Source of the DNA: Podarcis muralis
Lineage: Eukaryota
Assembly (NCBI RefSeq): GCF_964188315.1
Contig: NC_135656.1
Location: forward strand, 92,566,001 to 92,630,000
DNA length: 64,000 nucleotides
Direction of reading: 5' to 3'
The notes beneath the pieces were generated by a model, which was not told the origin of the DNA, searched no databases, and was given only the letters and a program-made list of their open reading frames with translations. Made by a program: the position numbers and the translations under genes. Shown piece after piece: positions 37,119 through 49,091 of this stretch. The stretch's first letter is position 1. The number at the start of each line of letters is the position of its first letter.

Positions 37119-38151
37119 ACAGTAAAACATAAAATGCCATAGATGCAAATTAAAATAATTCTTAATGGTGAGTCACTTTAAGCCAACTGTCTTCAGTTAG
37201 GGGCCTGATCCAAAGCAAGATGCAACTGGAGCACCAGCACCATGCAAATATGTGGTAAAAAAGAAAGGGAAAAAAAGAAAAAGAAATGGGTCATCAAATG
37301 CATGTTTGTGTTAAAACTGGGTCCTGGAATAGGTTTTGGTGGAGCAATTTCATTAAATTTATTTAAAGTGCAGTTAAAATTGACATCGGACATCTATTGG
37401 ACATTGTGGTGATCACATCTTTTTAGAAGGTTAGTATATTAATTGTATCACCCTGGAAGTAATCGTGGTGCAATCTAAAAGCTTCAGACATAGATCTCTC
37501 TAGAGCACGCATGAATTGCATTAACAGAAGAAGCCGCAACCCATGAAATTTCCATTGCCCGCCCAGCTGTTGAAATTCAGTGGGAGATACTGCTGCTGTT
37601 TGTGCCACGACATCTGATTTAATATTTATATAGCACATTTAATATTTATATAGCACAATGATGTGCTAGATGCTGTACAGAATACAAAGGCAATGCCAAA
37701 TGCATAAATTAGGCGTATCACAACCTGATGCTTCTCAGAGGGCTTGCCAGCCATATTGAAGATCTAGTTGCATGCAGTAAATCAACGTCCCTGATTTTAA
37801 CAACTGCAACATGCAATTGTTTCAGTATCTACCTCTCCAGAAGGGATTAAGCCTGTCAAAATCTGATCCATTCAGGAGTATCCAAGCAGAGAATCTTGAA
37901 AAGTCATTTTGTTTTTTTCTAAGGAAAGTCTCTATCAATTTTTATTTTTTATCAGAATCAATTGCAAATCCAGGCACATTTCAGAAAGATGGGTGCAGCA
38001 GTTCTTCCACAAGGAAGGCCTTGCTGTTTGAGGATGAGATAGCAGAAAATATGTTCCCTCCCCTGGTTTGTTTTTTTGGGGTGATCAGGTTGAAAATTGG
38101 GTTATGGCAGAGGTTCCCCGGGTCAAAAACCTGACAAATGTTAGATAAATG

Positions 38152-38288
38152 CAGGCATAGGTTTACTTGACCCTCCAGATGTTTTGGGACTATGACTCCC
38201 ATGATCCCTAGCTAACAGGACCAGTGGTCAGGAATGATGGGAGTTGTAGTCCCAAAACATCTGGAGGGCTGAGTTTGCCTATACCTGA
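38152..38288. mobile_element. hAT MITE
   Basis: caggcatagg...cctatacctg termini, interior like 34433-34568, ataaatg duplicated on both sides. Confidence 0.85.
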
Positions 38289-40237
38289 TAAATGGATCCA
38301 GATGCTATTGTTCTATGTAATTTTGTCTTCTTTTTTATTTATAAAAAAAGTTACTTTTTCTCACTACCATTGCCACTATTTTCTGGAATCACCCTCCATT
38401 AAGAAGAGAGAGAGAGAGAACCACATTTTTGAATTGTTTAATTAAGGGGAGGAATGTTTGGGAAAGAAGAAAGCCACTCCAAAAGTCTGACTCCACCGCT
38501 TGGTGCAGTGCTCTTACTGTCAAAACACTGAGAATGATCCACAGGTTCAATTCACCATCTTTCCTTCCAATCCCTATGATTGAAGGGCCCTCAGAAAATA
38601 AGTAACTGTGATTAAAAACTCCTGATTACACCTTGGCAAGGGGGTGCAGTCTTTGACTCTACCGCTCACCAGCTGATTGGGTGCGCCCAGTCACATGACA
38701 TCATTGTCATGTCAGGGGACCTGGGCAGCCCTGCCCACCTTTCAAATTTGGACTGGAGAGCCAAAAAAATAAATAAATGTATTTTTGCAAGAGGGAGGCT
38801 GTAGAGGGAAGTTTATTGCTTTTTTGGGTGGTGGGTGGTGTACTGCATTGTATTGTATGGTTCACTTTTTCAGTTTCATTCTGTTTTACACAACACATAC
38901 ATGCACATTGCTCTTTTGTAAACCACTTATAGACTGTCTTAGTATTAAGCCATCTTGAATAAAACATGGGAGAGGACACAGGTAAGTTTGGCCCCACAGA
39001 ATCCATCACAAGACATGTCACACACACACCTATCAGCTTGGGGGTCTAAAATGTTTCATGGGGGAGGAACAAGGGGAGCTCAGCCCTTGGGAGTTGGCTT
39101 CTATGGTATTAAGAAATACATAAATGTGTGAAATAAATAAATGTGTTCTCTTAGCAGCCTTACCATTTCTCAGTAGTTTCGACAAACAAAAGATGAACCA
39201 TCTAAACGTGGGTGAAAGCAAGTGTAGCACCGTGATAATGAGTGGACAGTAGCAGATCTGAACAAGAATTCTTTCCTCAGAAGCAAACGCAAAGAACTGA
39301 CAGGAGCTTGCTGTGACTTGTTTGGAAAGCTTTTTGAGGACAAAACTGCTTGCATCCACTGGGGTCTTGACTCTGCTGTTATAGCCGATGAATCTGTGTC
39401 TTGGCTGGTCATGTCTACAGGCACATGGAGGCTTCAGTTTATTTGATAGATCACAGAACAGCTAGCGTCTAAACTGGTGCTTACCCACCTTTGGGGCAGT
39501 TCATATCCCCCCCTACTCACTTTGTATATTTTCTATTTCAGCATTAAAATAAAATATGAAAATAACTTCACAGTTTTAATCAAACTTGAGATGGAGTCGC
39601 TAAGCAGGGAAACAAAAACAACTCCAAAAAGAGAATTCCCACATAAGGGAAGGTAGGAGTCAAACAATAAAAAAGAACTACCATTGTGATAGAAAGTAAT
39701 GAAAACAAAGAATGTATGCTTCCAAGCACATGATGACAGAATGTGATTTCTTCAAGACCTAGTTAAGGCGATACCCTGTTGAGACTCACTATGCATTTCC
39801 TGGCTTTCATTCTTTCTCATAATGTTAATACGCTTTCAAACAGAGTGTGCTGGGAATAATACTTTGGACGGGGGGAGGGATGAAGAAAATTAAATTTAAT
39901 GACTGGTCTTCAACGGCATCCAAACTGAGAATCCCATTTATTGTATAAACAGCACTGTGGCTTTCCCAGGGGTTTAGCTTCATCACGGAGAGGTATTAAT
40001 TTAAAGCAGAGTTCCCCAAGCTGTGTCATGGTGAGCTTCCATAAGATGAAAAATGCTCAAGCCTTCCCAATAGGAACTGAAATGAAGTTTAGTCTATAAT
40101 GGCTCTCCTTTTCTTAAACACACACCCACCCCAAAATATTTATTTCTTAGTGTGGATTCTTGCTGTGCACATACATGCAACGTGCTTCATTAGTGCATTT
40201 CCCCCTGTCATCTATGTGCCCCCTCAACTAACTTTTA

Positions 40238-40595
40238 GGGACACGGGTGGCACTGTAGTCTAAACCACTGAGCCTAGGGCTTGCTGATAGGAAGGTCGTG
40301 GTTTGAATCCCCGCGACGGGGTGAGCTCCCATTGCTCGGTCCCAGGTCCTGCCAACCTAGCAGTTCGAAAGCACGTCAAAGTGCAAGTAAATAAATAGGT
40401 ACTGCTCTGGTGGGAAGGTAAACAGCATTTCTATGCACTGCTCTGGTTTCGCCAGAAGCGGCTTAGTCATGCTGGTCACATGACCCAGAAAAACTGTCTG
40501 CAGACAAACGTCAGCTCCCTCGGCCAGTAAAGCAAGATGAGAGCCACAATCCCAGAGTCGCTCGTGACTGGACTTAACTGTCAGGGGTCCTTTGC
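40238..40595 (+). mobile_element. Full-length Sauria (Squam1) SINE
   Basis: gggacacgggtggcactgt head, ggtttgaatccc B box, caggggtcctttgcc tail. Homologous to 15796-16147. Confidence 0.95.
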
Positions 40596-41415
40596 CATTT
40601 TCTGCATGCTGAAAACAGATCTTTAATGGGTGGTAACTGCTGTGAATAGTTGAGCAATTACGTCTAGGGTCTAGGAACACCAGGAATAAAATTCAACCCT
40701 TTCAAGGGACTTTAGGCTATATTTCTGACTTCGTGTCTGGAAAAAAAAAGTGAAATTAAACAATTTTTTTGGGGGGGGGGACTACAGTTTAATTAAAGCT
40801 TTTGAACTGATTTTTGTCCACAGTGACATAATACTGATAAGATGTTCATTGTTATTGTTATAAGATCAATAATTCAAGTCTGGAATGAATGCTGCACAGA
40901 ATGGGGTATGTTTCATTATAGAAGAAACAATTTGGACCAGAGATGATTTTGTCACAATGTGTTCATTTCAGTTGTATATGTCAGACAAAACTAGAGCACT
41001 TTTGGCAAGGTAGATTAATGTTTCAACACACATGAACCATGTGGATTAATGTTTCAACACATATGGTTTTTCATCTTTCAACTGATAATTGGTACTGCCA
41101 GGTTACTTGGCTTTTCCATATTTTCAGAATCAGGCAGCCCTTGTAATCTTTTGCTCGTTTCATGTGTACTACGAAGGTGCAAGCATAGATTGACTGTATT
41201 TGTATGTAGCGATAAACCATGATAATTATTTGGAACAAAGCCTACAGCCTGTTCAAGTCTTGCACAGATATCTGGGTTTTCGCGGGATGTAGAAAGCCCA
41301 AAATATCTTTGTCAGCTTTGTGCATGGCCAGCTCACCCGTGAGGCAAGGTGAGGTGACTACCTCAGGCAGCGGGATCCTCAGGTGCACCATATCCTGATG
41401 TAGACTATTTATTTA

Positions 41416-41681
41416 CAGTCATACCTTGGGTTAAATATGCTTGGAGTTGAGCGCGTTCAAGTTGTGCTCCTCGGCAACCCAGAAGTAATGGAGTGTGTTA
41501 CTTACGGGTTTCGCCGGGTTTCGCGCTTGCGCATGCGCAGATGCTCAAACTGACGTCACGCGCATGCACAGAAGTGGCAAAAAGCGACGCGCGCATGGGC
41601 AGACGTGCCACTAGTTACGTTTACCTCTAGATGCGAACGGAGCTCTGGAACAGATCCCGTTTGTATCTAGAGGTACCACTG
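41416..41681. mobile_element. Tc1/mariner MITE with CpG-rich core
   Basis: TA|cagtcataccttggg ... tagaggtaccactg|TA, inserted in an L2-like 3' end. Core contains TGCGCATGCGCA (41528-41539) and TGACGTCA (41551-41558). Confidence 0.8.
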
Positions 41682-43269
41682 TATTTGATTTCATTTCTAT
41701 ACTGCCCTTCGTCAAAAGATCTCACAGCGGTTCGCAAGATAAACGCACAAGAGAAAAGCACAAATAAGTAGTTAAAGTGGAAACAACAAAACAATACCCC
41801 CCAAATACATCTAAAAGGCTGTAGAATATTAATCAGTCAAAGATCTTAAACCCATCCTTGTTGCTGATGTAGCTCTTTATGCACCCCTTCTTCTCTAGTG
41901 GGGAGGGGAGCTGCCATTTTGTGGTTCGTCCCTGGCTGTGTGGAGTTTCTACACAGAAAGTGTTCTCTATGGAAATTGCACAGATCACTGTGTAGCCCTT
42001 TCCACCGGCAATTGTTGAATTGCATTTCTGCTAAGAAGGGGCAGAGCAATCCAAACTCCTATTGTGTTGGGCTGGAAGTGGTGGTGGATTGGGTCCACCC
42101 CCCCCCCCAGCCAACCTCCTTTGGCCTTCTACCAGCCCAGAAATCTGTGGGACGGTAGAAATATCACACCAGCTAGGTTTTCTAGCGGTGGGGAATAAGC
42201 CAGTGTGGAGTCTCTTTGGATCCTGAGCTGGCCCTGTTGTTGTAACAGCATTTGGCCCAATTCCAGGCTGGATTGCTGCATCAGCCTTAGGGTGGTGCAG
42301 GAATCAGTCCTGCAAATGAGGTGGTGATCCTGTTTGTTCTGGGGTGTGTGCATGCTAAAATTGTCATCTAACTCTCTCTTTTGAAAGTGTTTGCTCCAAT
42401 AACTTGAGAAAAATAGGAATGTGCTTGATGCTGGCTTGTCAAGGGGAGCAAATGGAGCAGAGGGCACAGGGATATTTTTCCTCATGGGGTGCGTGATAGC
42501 ATGGCAATTGTATGACTGCTTAATTTTGGCTTCCATAGAAGCTCACTTCCCCCTCCCACACTGAACAAATATTTTGACACAAGAGATACAATTTTGCTGC
42601 CATTGCTCAGGTTAAAACTTTATTAGATAAGGTCAGGAATTTCTTTGACAAGAGAGCGTAAGTGGAATAACAATACAGTTGTACATCTGACTGAAAGGCT
42701 AATGGGAAAGATCTTGGCACTCCAGAGTGAAGTAAATGTCATATCCCAACAGTTTACTCCATGTACCATTTAGGTCATGTTGTGCTTTTTAATATCTCTC
42801 TTTAATTATATTTAGCATTGTAAGCAGCTTTTAGGAGGGATTATTTTCTTGCCTTGGTGGTCCCAACCCGAGCAGAACATTTTATGATTGTTGAACAATT
42901 ACACAATTAATTGCTTGATGCGATTAGCAATTGTGCTGCTAGGGAGATGGGCAAATGATTTGGTTTTGTTTTTTGTTTTGTTATGAAGCGTAATTGAAGG
43001 TTGGTCCCAAGGTGTATTGTAGTTTCTGCCTTGTTTGCTTCATCTGTGCTCTAGATGTCAAGAGGAGAGAACCTTGTTCATTTTGCAGAGGCAGCTGAAC
43101 CAGAGCATTTCAATGTGTTGATATTTTTTACCTATGGTTCCCATCTGCCAAAACACCTTTTCTTGCTTTGATTTTCTTTCTTTCTTTCTCTCCAAGCCAT
43201 CAAATCAGCAGTAGGAGTGCAGCACCATTCCATCAACTTTGGGCCAACTGTGGTGAGGACAGGTTTGCG

Positions 43270-44153
43270 TGTCGAGGTCCCCAAGCCACCCTCCAAATAA
43301 CTCACAACACACACTTAATTTTTGTTTAAGATTTTTGGCATAATTTTGGCCACAACTTTATTTAAATACAAAACCGTGAGTGGTTGTTTAGGCATTGGTT
43401 AAGACTATCTGTCCCCCCGCCTGGGGACAGAACTGACTTCCGGGCACCACCGAAAGACAGTGCGGGGGAAAGCAAGTTGGGGAGAAATGGAGCTGAGTCA
43501 CAGGCCCTCACTTCTCATCCGCATGCTCCCCGAAGGCTTGCCGGCCCTAGTCCCATTCCAGGGATTGGACGAAAAGATGGCAAGCCCCAGGATTCCTTTA
43601 ACGGAATTCCCTTTCCGCAGCAACCATGGAGGGGCAGGCCCAGCCTATCCTAACCCCTCCTCCACCAATTTATAACCAATGCCTAACCGCAACCTTACAA
43701 GTTGTGACGATTTGCTACGCAGTAGGCAAAAACCAAATGGCCCAGCCAATCTGCCAGATGGACAAATTCCTACCAGGCCCCCGCTCCAAGGCAGACGACT
43801 CCATGACAGGCATAGCAAGGTCAATGCAACAACCCCTTACTCTAGGGCGGGTGGGCGGGTGATCCGTTGCACACAGCAAAGAGAAATATCCAGGCTGTGT
43901 GCAGAGTATTTAAACATTTTACCCCTCCCACCAAAATTGCAACATAACTTTTACCCCAGCAACCCAGTGAACCAATCACTGCCCCAGGCCATCTTTAGAG
44001 ACCCTGCCTGGTAACAGAGGGGTGGCTCAGCAGATCCCACCGCAACACGTGCTCTTCATGAAGGAGAACACGCTTTCTCAAGTTCCCTTTGGTGCTGGGG
44101 CATTGTTAGAGGTATCGGTTGGTTGCTCGAGAGCAATCAGGCAATATGCCACA
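43270..44153 (-). mobile_element. LTR-like or Ngaro/DIRS-like terminal repeat
   Basis: CpG-rich block. Minus strand starts TGTGGCA, has a TATA-like tataaa near 43670 and aataaagttgtggcc at about 43348-43362, plus GC boxes gggcgggtgggcggg. No TSD found. Confidence 0.45.
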
Positions 44154-44786
44154 GAAGTGTGTTCTAAAGCTTTCTTATTAGTGATAAAAACCTTTAGAAT
44201 GCAGAGCGCCTGTATTCCATGTCTTGCTCATTCACTGGCAGAATCTGAGAGTGGGCAGTCCTTAAACCTTCCCCAGCAGAGTAGTTTCTTGACGCCCAGT
44301 CTGCGCGTCCCCTCTCTGCGCGGAAGCTTTCTGCGCAAGGAAGGCTTGGGTAAAGGGGGACCTCCCTCCTCCCCGCTTTGCTCCAGCAACCTGTCCTGGC
44401 ACCGCCTTGCCTCCTCCGCCCCCTGCATCTCCTCTCCACTAGAGGTGTGGTTACCTTCCTCCACTGAAGAAGTGCTGCTCCATCCGGCTTTCCCCCTCTC
44501 GCTCCTGAACCGATGACAGTTCCCTGACAGGAATGCTTAGCACAACAAGAGATAAATGCACCTGTCCATTTCAATCTTTCTCTGTTACTCACTTTCACAA
44601 TCTTAATTTCAATCCACAGCATTCTTGGGTCAATATGAATCTAAATGAATTTAAATTCTTTAAATACAGCACGATGCATTCACCAGATTGTCTACCAAAA
44701 CTATATAGGCCTAATGTACATAGTTTTATGCTGTTTTCCCCTAATACAATGCATATTTTCATTTATAAACATCTATGCCCCTAATA

Positions 44787-45615
44787 CAGAGGTTTTCAAC
44801 CTTTTTGAGTCTATGGCTCCCTTGACTAGCTACATTCTTTCAACGTCTCCCCTGTGGAGAAATGTGCTCCAAGCCTCGAAAGCCCAGTCATGTCACCCCT
44901 CGCCTGCAGAGCCGGCAGCCCCTCAGCTGTTTTCGAATATTTTCCCTTGTGGAGTGTTCTCTCAGACTCCTCTCCCCTCTCCATGGGAGTCCTCTGGTCA
45001 GCAGCCACCACTGCCCCAGTCTCTGAGCCACACACCCCTCCCCAAAGAGAGGTGCCTCCTCACGCCGCCCCCCCGGGGGCCTGGGAAGAAGAAGCCCCCA
45101 GTCTTAGTGGCCCAACGAGACTGGCCAAAGGTGAATGTGAGACCAGCATCTCACCTTGGGAGGCAGCAGTGGCAAGCAGCAATTGCCACTGGGCCTGCAT
45201 GGTGGAAAGGTTCCCCTTTGGAGCCAGGCACTCAGCATTACACACAGCAAGCACAAGAAAGCCCAGCACAGTGCCTGCCCGCCTGCCTGGCCTCCCACTT
45301 GTTGGTTATTTCCCAACAGCAAGAGCTGGTGGACTGGCTCGCCTCCCTTAGCCATTTGCTTGCCCACTCTGAGGCCACCTCAGCTCCTGGCAACCAGCAG
45401 CCTCTGGCTAGCCTCAGAGGCAGCATTTGCCTGGGGAGCTTGTAGTCAGGGCTGCTGCAACGAACAGCCACACAAACCTTTGGGAAGCAGAGATGCAGAG
45501 GACATCCGATGACAGAGGGAAGGAAGAAGGGACAGAGATCAGTGTTGCCTGTGGCACCCCTGACCATCATTCAAGGCACACCAGGGTGCCATAGCACACT
45601 GGCTGAAAACCCCTG
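44787..45615. mobile_element. Non-autonomous hAT element, 829 bp
   Basis: TIRs cagaggttttcaacc / ggctgaaaacccctg and perfect 8-bp TSD ccctaata (44779-44786, 45616-45623). Confidence 0.9.
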
Positions 45616-45989
45616 CCCTAATATATCTATTTTTGTCCACAACTTTTGGTTGGAGGATGACAGCACAAAATTCAAAGAAAGACCACAACAGTTCAGGTCA
45701 TGTATTACTTTGGGAAATAGGAATTAGGGAGCTTCTCATTAAATTGTGAACCAAGCAGAATCTCTCCCCTGTACATATCCCAAGTGAATTCTTCCCAATT
45801 GTGTAGCTTCCTGTGGCAGCAATATGAAGTGCCTGTAGAGAGAAATGGCAAAAATGTTGAGACAAAGCCAGAAATGAAATGAATCTTTTCTGTGTTTCGT
45901 TTCTCTTAATCTCTCTCAGAAGCATGTGCATTCTGTTTTTTATTTCTTGTTCTTTGTACATGTTGCTGCATCCCATTCTGTTTTCTGAG

Positions 45990-46115
45990 CAGTCTGAGAT
46001 TCCAGGGATTCCAGGCACTTACCCAGGGTTTCCTTTGGTGAATGAGGCACAGTGGAGGCTGTGGTGTCATTATGATATATGGTTTATTTACACATATGTA
46101 CACCTATGATGGAGG
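45990..46115 (-). mobile_element. Degraded LTR 3'-end fragment
   Basis: Homologous to 35046-35140; AATAAA followed by ...gacaccaca on the minus strand. Confidence 0.5.
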
Positions 46116-47761
46116 GGTTTCCAGCATTACACTCCAAGAGAGCCTTGCGTTCTCCATAGGCATAGTTCTGGATTCAAACAGAAATTGGCCGTGGCTCTCT
46201 CTCTGCATCTGGCTGACTTTTACAAACTGCAACTTTTCCCTTCAGCTCACATCACGGCCAAATGCAATCCTAAACTCTACTGTGCTTCATCTTTGCTAAC
46301 TATCTCAAAACTCAGGGAGAGACCCCTCCCATTTTCCATCTCCCTCTCTTTGGCTTTCCTAATGGCCTGTTACCTCCCCTTTGTCTTTGGTTCATGGCTG
46401 AGCTTCTGGGCAATTTCCTGAACACAGGAAGCATGGTGGGCTTGTATTTTAACATGTTACTAAATCCAGTGTCTGGCAGCCAATTTTAAAACTGCAAGCA
46501 TCCATTACATTCTATCACGAATCAGACCCAGAAATTTAGGGGAATCCACCCACAAACCTTGGCACCCGCAACTCATAACAATATATGTTGACGCATAATC
46601 TGTTGCCTGAAGCCTAGTTAAGATTTTCCAAATGTTGCAGTCAAAAATAAAATAAAGGTGGGCTTGTTTGTAAAGTGAACATGTGCAAGACCTCTGCCCA
46701 GATTAACAACAGGAGGAATTACTCCTCTTTAATGAGGTGTAAATTTTTGCCAGAGGCAACATTTCAGAAGGCCAAAGAGAGCTGGTGGGATGTAGAATTC
46801 AACGAAGCCCCCAAGCCTGCCAATGGATATCCTCAAGGTGGAATTGCTAATGCAAACCAACAACCCTTCACCCCACAAAACTGTACTTATAATAAGCTGT
46901 CTTTTCCTATTAGAAAAAAAAATCCACATAAGAACAGTAACAGTATACTAAGAATAGAGAAGATTTTGGGTTGGATCAAGACATCCCCTTCTGCAAATGG
47001 AAGAGTTCACTCCACGCACAGAAGGGACTTTAAGCCAGTTGAGGCTTTCAATGGGGAAGGGAGGGGGGAATTTTAACAAGTCCCTTTCCTCCTGCAGCCT
47101 CCCACACAACTCACTGCACTGTTCTGCATGGTCTCCCAAACCTCAAGTGTATATTTCAGTAGTATAAGTGTCTGTAGGAAGGAGAAAATGGTGAAAATTG
47201 CTCCCTGACTTTGTCCAGTGAAAGCATCCAGTTAGCAAATTTCCACTCATTATATAATGCTTGGTTGTATCCAGACTTACTAGGAGTGAATCTCCACCAT
47301 TATATGTAGGTGTGTATGTGTACCTGTGCATCTGTGCTCGTGTGCGTATCTGTGCATTTTTGTACATATTGGTTGGAGAACTGCATTTCAAAATTCAAAG
47401 GATTACTCAGTTTCAGGTTGCACATTGTTTCAGAAAGTGCAAATTTTCTTGTTCTTTTTTCTTACCTTACCTTTTTGTCCTTTTGATTTTATTTGTTCCA
47501 GATATTATTTTGCAAATTAAGTGCAAATTAAGGAAGTTTGCCTTCCAGTGCAAACAATCCTATTTTCCCTGCATCTCTAATTGGTGGTGCCACCACTGTG
47601 ATGGCAATCACAACTGAAACTTCAGCAGCAGAAGGAATGATTCCAAAGCCAACAAGTCTAGTTGAAAGAGAATGCTATACTTGTGTCTTCTGTTGTCTTG
47701 TGTGTGTCTAGAGAGCCTCTGAAACCCAGCTTCCACAGTGACAAAAAAAATGGTTGATCTT

Positions 47762-47882
47762 GTGCAGGCTTCCTCAACCTCGGCCCTCCAGATGTTTTTG
47801 GTCTACAGCGCCCATGATCCCTAGCTAGCAGGACCAGTGGTCAGGGTCTCAAAACATCTGGAGGGCCAAGGTTGAGGAAGCC
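47762..47882. mobile_element. hAT MITE with internal deletion
   Basis: Near-identical to 10027-10162 but lacking about 15 bp of the right arm. Confidence 0.85.
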
Positions 47883-49006
47883 TCATCTTGTGAATGCGCT
47901 GTGGGTTGAGAGGGAAGCCATGGGGGTGACATACCTTTCGCCAATGCATTGGTCCTTGTTTTCTTATGCACTGAAATTCTGAAGTGATGCATGCTGTCAT
48001 CCTTTTCCAATGAGTGATCATAAAGTTTAATCAAATTGTTTGAGTACCTTGCTCGGCTGCTGATATAAAAACTAATCGGAACCATATGGAGGCAACAAAA
48101 GGTAACTGAAACCCCACAAATGGTGATTAATCCACCCAATCTGCCACCCGTAAACCAATTAGTGCTCCATGTTTCACAGCAGAAAGCCTCATCCAGAAAA
48201 AAGGGGGAAAGGAAAGTCTCCATAATTCAGTTGACAGCACATTTTCTTCTCAAGTGAAAATGTGAAAACTGCTCTTCACACCTTAACTACATTTTTGTAG
48301 GTATCTGAAAACCGTGCCAAAAAAATCCCTCAAAAATTTCATTTAAAAAGTTTCTGACCAGTTTTTTTGATGAAGCCCTGCTAGCCTACACAACAATAGT
48401 GCCAAGTGTATTTTGCCAGGGAGAGCGTTCCACAGAGGGGGATCCAACACTGGATCTTGAATGAAGTACACAGAGAAGGTCCTTTGATGAACGCCCTATA
48501 GAGTCTGGAACTCAATCTAGAAAATCAGACTTGCCCAAGAGAGCCTGCAGTTGGTTTGTGGCCACCTGATCACCCTGCCAGGGAAAGAGAGATTTCTAAA
48601 AAGTTGTAGAAGTTTTCAGTTAATCCAAATAAAATCCTCCACATTGCAAACTTAAATATGTTAATATATATGCACTCACTCCAAATCTAGAAGGATTCTG
48701 TTTAATAAGGATATGGATTTAATACATTTAAGATGGATTCTGTTGTCTAAAACACAGGGAATGATGCTATTTTAATTACTCCTTTTTTTTAAAAAAAATC
48801 CTTTTTATTGACTTTTTTAAGTATCGTAAGAAAAAAATTCATATGCTCATAAGCACAACAGACAAAAATAGACAACAATTTCCAAGCATTCGTGCTTGTT
48901 CTGTTTTATGGGTTCTGGCATTCTGCATCTGTAGCATTTGGCAGCAGCCTGATCTCTTTCTTTGTCTGTCCTGTATCATTGTGATTCAATTTGTTATTCC
49001 GTATTA

Positions 49007-49091
49007 GGGGAAAGGCCATAGCTCAGTGCTAGAGCATCTGTTTTGCTTGCAGAGGGTCCCAAGTTCAATCCTGGCCTCTCCAGGTAGGGCT
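49007..49091 (+). mobile_element. tRNA-derived SINE head (Squam2-like), 3'-truncated
   Basis: ggccatagctcagtgctagagcatctg (A box) ... aagttcaatcctgg (B box) ... caggtagggct. Not a functional tRNA. Confidence 0.7.

Noticed and set aside
37618-37657. Perfect 20-bp tandem duplication (similar small ones at 41013-41061 and about 49853-49913)
   Set aside because: Ordinary slippage duplications in AT-rich DNA.
44645-45445. Longest ORF in the track (266 aa)
   Set aside because: Lies almost wholly in a GC-rich non-autonomous hAT element with an 8-bp TSD. No transposase or other domain motif, and several overlapping ORFs on both strands.
35046-46115. Two same-orientation LTR fragments as ends of one 11-kb provirus
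   Set aside because: The copies are strongly diverged fragments, and no gag/pol/env motifs were found between them.
47115-47171. 57-nt minus-strand exon candidate (ttctccttcctacag|...|gtgagt)
   Set aside because: Splice sites look good, but the peptide is unrecognised, two frames contain stops and the donor side resembles a degraded repeat. Left unassigned.
49007-49091. tRNA gene
   Set aside because: Degenerate stems and a SINE body continuation; it is a SINE head.
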